DNA of 64,000 bases, from the NCBI RefSeq assembly GCF_009914755.1, contig NC_060939.1; one strand, written 5' to 3'. How positions within the stretch are numbered: the first letter of the stretch is position 1; every line of letters begins with the position of its first letter. Below, in pieces: positions 57,401 to 64,000 of the stretch. The notes under the pieces were generated by a model, which was given only the letters and a program-made list of their open reading frames with translations, did not search any database and was not told the DNA's origin. Position numbers and translations under genes: made by a program. This stretch comes from the human T2T-CHM13v2.0 reference genome, Homo sapiens.

Positions 57401-58087
57401 TCCTTATTAGCGGGCAGGAAGAAAGAGTCCTTTAAAAAGTTACTGCTCAAGAAGATCTATTCAACTCCAAGCCAGCTTTCCCCAGACAGCCTGCAGCTTG
57501 ACAAGAGTGGCTGTCAAATCAGGACCCACCAGGACCCCAGTTTGAGACAGATCCCAAGTGACCCTGCAGTTCTAGGGCCTTTGGGGTTGGTGTGAGACTG
57601 ACCTGCAGGCCCTTTAACAGCAGAGAAAGTCTACTGCAGTGCCACACTAACTGCCTTCTTGGGACATCTCCCAAGCAGAAATCATTTGTGAAGCTACCCC
57701 AGACATTTTAACCAAATAAATCAAATGCCTAACATAGGTAGATCAGTTAGTTTTTAGGAGAAATTATACAGCATCAATCTCAGCCATGCTCTACTTTAAC
57801 CCAAGGAGAACCTTCATAGGACTGTAAATGCTGCAGGTATCATGACCGGGCTTGAGTAGGCCACCTGCAGGTGGGTTTGCCTTGTTGTCCACTGACATGG
57901 CCTGGCTGTAAGCCTGTGAAACAGGTCACTTCAAGGCACATGGAGTTTTGTTTTTTTTTTTAAAAAAAAAAAGGAACCCCTCAAATGCTTCCAGCTGCTA
58001 AATAGGAAGTTAAGCTCTCATCCTAGCTGAAACAATGTTTTGTTGTCTATAAGTATTCCTAGAGAAGATACGACGGCTTGCTCTATA

Positions 58088-58225
58088 CCAGTGCTGTTTG
58101 GACTTTAATATACATACAAATACTGCTTGAGTACATCTGCAGTAAGGCTTGTAGTATACTTTTCTAACAGGTTTCTAAGTGATGCTGATGCTGCTGGTCC
58201 TCAGGCACACTTTAAATTGCAAGCC
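58088..58225. mobile_element. MER5A-like hAT-Charlie relic
   Basis: TTTCTAACAGGTTTCTAAGTGATGCTGATGCTGCTGGTCC..CACACTTT. Confidence 0.7.
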
Positions 58226-61200
58226 TCTATCTCATTTTGGGCTTCTGTGAAGGGGAATCTGTTTAAGGAAATGTAAGAACAAAAGAGATGACTTTTACCC
58301 AGTAATCAGGTGGTATGGTGTGGCATTGTTCCAATAGCCATAGCCCTACAGCTGTAACCTGAAGCAATCTCTAGTCACTGTGACCTGAAACTCAATATTT
58401 ATTTCCAGTAACATCCCCATCAAAGTATGCTGCCTGAAAATTATGCAGTGTTGAATAATGCATCATGACCTGGCCTCCCTACTCATTTCCTTGCTCTCCT
58501 ACCTGAGTCCCCAAACAAATCCTATAACCATAAGCATGATGTATAAGCTCTATGCAATTTCTTCCTTAATTGTTGTATACCTTGCTGTATTTGTGAAACA
58601 TCCACCCTGAAATATGCGCTTCATGAAAAAAAGATATAAATGCTTTGATTTCTGAAGGAAGATTTCCACAGATTTCCATAAGTCCAAAGCTGGCAAAACT
58701 GACAGAAGCAATACCGAGCTAAGACCAAAGAGAGTCAACAAAGTCCTTCTGTGGGAAGTATCCTAAGGTTGCACATGAAGTGCCAAAACTCTGTCCATTT
58801 GGAGGCTACAGAGACAAAATATTCCATACGTAACGCTTAAAACAGGGTCTCCAAACTGAATCCTGCTGTTTCAAAGTTTGTAGTAAAAATTGACTTGAAC
58901 AATAGAGAAATTACCCCCAAGCAATAGCCCTCAGAGTGTTACTCTGAGTGGGTAAGGACACTGAGTGGATAAAGATTAATGATTATTCATTCCAGGATGA
59001 ACCCCTGGCTTTCGGCCCCTTAAGGAAACCTGACACTCTGAAAAGCCACCCAAACAACACAGACACACACTGCAGTGCTTTAGGCACAACCAGCAGAGCA
59101 GATACCATCTCACTTGATGAAAGGGGAATTTAGAGAGTAATGCCTTATATCAGGATGATGAACTGAAACACCTAAAAATTTCTAATGAGCTATAAAATAA
59201 AAACAATGTTCCAAGTAAAGAAGAAGCTGTGGTGCATTTCTAAGTGCAGTGCTAAGACTAAAAACTGAATTTCTACATGGATTTCTGTTGATCTCATTGG
59301 GAAAGAAAATGGCACAATGAATCTTCTGCACCCCTTCAGTAAGAGTGAAAGCCCAGTGACTAAGAGAGTTTGATTCTATAAAGAAACTTGTGGAGCCAGT
59401 TTTAAGTTTTGCTCTCAATCGGTCACTGGTGAACCTTTACTTTTTAAAAAAGCAAAAACAAAGAAAAATAATGAAGTTTCAGAGCTTCATAGCTCTGTAT
59501 CTGTCATGGTAACACAGGAGAAAATCCTGAACAAAGTAGAGAGAAAAGACAAATTTTTAGCCTTCGCCTTCTTCACTGCAAGTGATGTCGCTGTCAGGAT
59601 AACAAATAGTGATGCTGGAAAACAGATTCTGAGAGCTATAGATAGTAAAAGATGAAAGGGTCAACCAACATAGGGAATGGAGAAGCAATAGAACCACTCC
59701 CAGCAGAGCTATTTCTTGTTGCTTTTTCAGGCCTTCTTGTGAAAAGGAGGGATAAATTTCATGTTTGAAGCCTGGTACTTTCTTAACCATCTTGCTCACA
59801 CTGCAGCTCAGTTCAGGAAAGGAAACAAATTAATTTCTTTTCCAACTGCCATTAGTAAGACAAATGGTGATTCTAAGAAAGTACAACGTTATCCAAAGGA
59901 AATTAACTATTGAAAAGCTCAGATACTAGTAATGGATTCAAACAGCGCTGTGAAATTCTTCTAACACCAAGTCTTGGAGTAGCTAGAGTTCATGAATCAC
60001 CAAAACTATCGGGATGTACTGAACTGTATGAAAGCCACTGGGGGCAATGAAGAGCTCCAGTTAAAAACCTTGGTCCAGAAAACTGGTGTTTTAAACTCTG
60101 TTGCAATTCAGAGACATCATGGAGAGAAGAGATGAACTAATAAGCAGGATACTTTTATGTGAGCTCATGAGTAAAAATACACGTCTTACAATGGTAAAGT
60201 TCACATTAGTCATTTTCATTCAATAATGTAAGTTGGAAAACCAAGGGCCTCAGAAAACGAATCTTGTTTCTGGCAGCAGATGAAAACAAATGCCCCAAAA
60301 TGTGCTTGTCCCCATCTGCTGCCAGAAGTGACAATAATATGACCAAGTATGGTGGCCATTTAGTTTGGTTCCAATCTCTCTCTGGTGTTTTCATCACGGA
60401 CTTTGTCAGAGGAAAACACAGGATGAAACTGAGAATGTTGTAGACTGGTTTAACATATTTCATAACATTATTACAAAAAAGGAGAAGGGACAGGCAAGCA
60501 GATCATGCAGATGCCATATCCATTGAGGAGAAACACGTTTTACATTATACGTGAAAAATCAGTAACTGGTTATTTGGCCTCAAGCCACACAAAATAGTAA
60601 ATAAAATCTGTCATGACAACAGATTATGATGATGTCCCATGAGATGTTCTGAATTTGATTATGGGGACAAAAGGGACTACTAAGACAAAGTCATCTAATA
60701 AATCTAGTGATACAGTAGTAATTAACTATTAGCAGTCCTAAATGGCAGGTGACACATCATAAAAGTTAAATGTGTGATTCTGCAAGCCTTAAGTCTGTAC
60801 TTGAGTGACTGAAATCCTGTTTATCAGTGAAAGCTTTAAACTTTATCTTTTTTAGCATAAACATTATCAAAATACACACAAAATCATGTAAGAAATATTT
60901 TGGCTTTTTAAAATTAATTGCATACTAGTTTTGTTAGAATCATTTTTTCCATTAGCCAAAATACATTTGAATTCTAATTCCTTTTGAAATAGTTATTTAG
61001 AAGGGTCTGATTGATTTTAGCTTAATTGGATATATTTAATATGTATCTCTAAACAAAGGATTCGTCTTCCTTCTGGTTTTGGAGCGTTTTTTTTTTTTTT
61101 TCTGTCTTACATCACAAAACATATGGTCTTCCCATGTTTTTAATGTATACTTTACACAGCAAAAACTGTAATCGTTATTTCATTCTGTTTTTTTGGACCC

Positions 61201-61719
61201 TTCTCCTGAAGAGCTTGCAGTTGAAGAGGGGAAAACAGTCATGTAAAACCACCCAGAATAAAACAACTCACACTCTGAATACTTACAGCTCTTCAATCTT
61301 TCTAATCATGTAGAGATTTATCATGCATATTAATTTTAATTATATAAATATAGATGATTAGGTGAACTCATTCTCCCTCAAATTTGCTCTTGTTTTCCTC
61401 ATTGTAAGAGAAGCTGCTTGAGACAAAGAATCTTGATTGAGTCTCAAGGTTTAATTCTCTGTATTATTGCCTTGCTGACTGCATTGTTTTTTCATCATGC
61501 TTACATAGGAAGCCATGCTTTGCTAAAGCCTGATGCATATTGAAATAACTTCTATCTTGCAAGATTCCCAGTGCCCTTGTCAAACTTTGATGAATCAGCT
61601 TAAGTTATTCAGATGCAAATAAGTTAGAAGAGAACAAACTTACTCTGAAAACCTATGTTTTAATGGCATTTACCTCTAGAAACCTAATTATATTCATTCC
61701 TTGCTCCTAGAAGCTCCAT

Positions 61720-63560
61720 CACCACAAAGACCACAGGGGTCTTTGTTTAGTCCTATCTTCCCAATGCCTCATACATTTTTGACACATAGTAGATACCAAC
61801 ATATACTTCTTGTTTGTACAATTAAACCTTGCATACTACCCAAGAAAATACAACTAGAAAGAATTCTCTAAGTCTACTTCCAGTCCTATGGATCTGGTCT
61901 TGATGGGTTTCTCCAGGTGTTGTCAGGCCCTTTAGATGTTCAAGTTGTCACAGCATGACCCATATTCCCTCTCAAGGCTCCTATGATTCAAGTTCATGTA
62001 AGAATTGTATTCCAGCTTTCAATTTTAGCTCTTATAATTCAAGTTCATCGAAAATAAACTGTATACCAGCAGAAACAAGAAAAATTTCCCCAAGGCCAAT
62101 ATTCAAGGGCTCAATTTAGTGTCTATTTCAAAGGAGGTAGGCTTTCTGATCTCTTTTGATTACTTATTCTAGGGCAGAAAATAGAGAAAGATGATAGTTA
62201 ATTTTAGGTTTTGTTTTCTCATGCAAGGCACTGAGAGGAATTCCCTTTTACCACCATTTTGCACTGGAAACACTAATAGAGTAAGTATATATAATTTCTA
62301 AGCGGAGAGAAAATCATTTTAGATCATTTTAAAATATGGCACAATACAACGTCTTTTGGTTCCTTTCTCTTAAAGCAACAAATTTCCATTTTCTCCTGGC
62401 ATGGAGTTTTCAGAGAATTAACATCCACACTTTAGGAACAACAGTTCCAATTTTCCAAAGAAAAGGAAGAATTATCAATGGCCAAGTTCAAAGGACTCTC
62501 AGCCCAATACCAAGGGTGTTCAAGGGTTTTTTGGAACATCTGAAGTAATTTTATGTCCTATATACTTATAAAACCATCTGAACACCTGACACTGTTTATG
62601 TCTACTTGTTCATAAGACACGAATCTTGAGGGGGGCGTGTATCTCACTCTTTTCCATAGCTCAAGTGCCTGACGCTCAGGTGTCATTTATTACATGAATA
62701 AACACATGTTTTAATCAATCCATCTCTAACCCATATAGAAAGTTAGAATCCTGAACAAGTTTCCAGTGAATAAACAACTTCATTCATGGATTGTCAATGG
62801 TTATTGTCTTCCATGTCAAAGAGATGCCCTTCCACAGTAGAATACCTTGTTCTTTCCTGAAATTTTTTCTTCTTACTTTTAACTTGCGCCTGTTTAAAAC
62901 TGGCACATCAAATCAAACTGGATCATGGAAGGCCATTCCTATCACTTTAACTCTATGTTAAATTCATTTCCTGACTACAAGATTGGTCACTGCAAATTAT
63001 CCTAATTCATCCTTTCCCTAAAATTTTTGAGTGACAGCTCAAGCTACATTAACAAATATTCATTAAGCATCTAGTAGAACACTTTGTAAGCATTATGAAC
63101 CCTTTAAAATGAGATCATTGCACCCAAGGTACTTACAATCTAGCTAACTTTTGAAAACGTCAGTAACAATAAACATTTTCAATAAGACATTGAGACAATA
63201 GCTTTTCAGAACACAACTTTTGTCTTTAAAAAATCTTCTCCCCTCTTCTCTGCAGTTTAAACTCAACTCAAGAACAACTATCTGTAGGACGCTTTCCCAG
63301 TGTGTACAGAGTCATCTGCCACCATGCCCAGACTCCAGCACCTGGGAGGCTCCTCTTTGGATGATTTATTGGAGTGGAAAGAAGTCAAAACTCTGTACAA
63401 ACAAACCTGAGTTAGAATCCTGGTTCTGCCACCCTAAGTCTATGTGACTTTGAGAAATCAATTTCTCTCAGCCTCAACTCTCTCACCTGTAAAACTGGCA
63501 AGATAATGTTTACCATACAAAATTATTAAGAAACAAACTAACATTTTGACATAACCAGCA
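61720..63560. mobile_element. Scattered L2 (61720-61820, 62600-62710, 63040-63160) and MIR (63400-63540) relics
   Basis: GACACATAGTAGATACCAACATA; AACAAATATTCATTAAGCATCTA; TGTGACTTTGAGAAATCA..CTCAGCCTCAAC..CACCTGTAAAACTGG. Confidence 0.6.
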
Positions 63561-64000
63561 CAAACATTTTTATAACTTCATGTTCCTTCATGTTGAGATG
63601 TGTTTCCTCAAGCCACTGAAAGTCCTAGTCATTTGTGTTAATGTTTTGGTTCTGTTTTGCACTAGATGCTATATCCATTAAAAAGGAAATAATCTTTTAA
63701 CATCTCCAAAGTGCCTATGGCCAACTCCATCCACAAACATTCCCCCTCAGAAAAAAATTTAAAAGGATAAAACATTTCTTTTGATGTTGCTAGTGACAGC
63801 AATAAGCCCAGAAATTCAGAGAACAAAGTTCATTTTCATAACTATAGATAAAGTTGAAAAAACCAGCCCCCAGTGTGTCTTTATTTCTAGTAAACAACTT
63901 TTTCTCTGCTAAAGAACTCCATTTTCATCCCATTTTCACTTGTATTGCTAAGCAACACCATGTACCCCCAGTTCTATTTCTGGTTCTGCGTTTATAGTCA

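Noticed and set aside
59557-59799. 80-aa minus-strand ORF with a hydrophobic stretch
   Set aside because: No recognisable homology, non-ATG start in the track, no supporting exon structure; within chance expectation

Overview
Primate (human-like) AT-rich, CpG-poor genomic DNA, intergenic or deep intronic. I recognise no cellular protein-coding exon, RNA gene or CpG island. About 1-54 kb is a dense stack of nested retroelements: the 3' end of a betaretrovirus-like HERV-K(HML-5)/LTR22-type provirus with a largely deleted env, sitting inside an old L1; four long L1s of different ages (L1MA-like, L1PB-like) plus a near-full-length L1PA6-like copy; several short L1 3' ends; eight Alus; solo LTRs (MST, MER4 group, MER67-like); MER8 and MER5 DNA transposons; and L2/L3/MIR relics. 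From 54.2 to 64 kb only ancient repeats and unique sequence remain. The long ORFs in the ORF track are broken L1 ORF1/ORF2, ERV or Alu frames. I found no evidence of a new biological system. The best observations concern insertion mechanism (three 5'-inverted twin-priming-type L1PB insertions, apparent insertion-associated deletions, an antisense L1 truncated at its host's homologous position), plus a motif-dense candidate enhancer near 57.5-57.9 kb and a few unverified splice-bounded segments. Subfamily names come from recalled consensus features, not from a search, and boundaries without a TSD are approximate.
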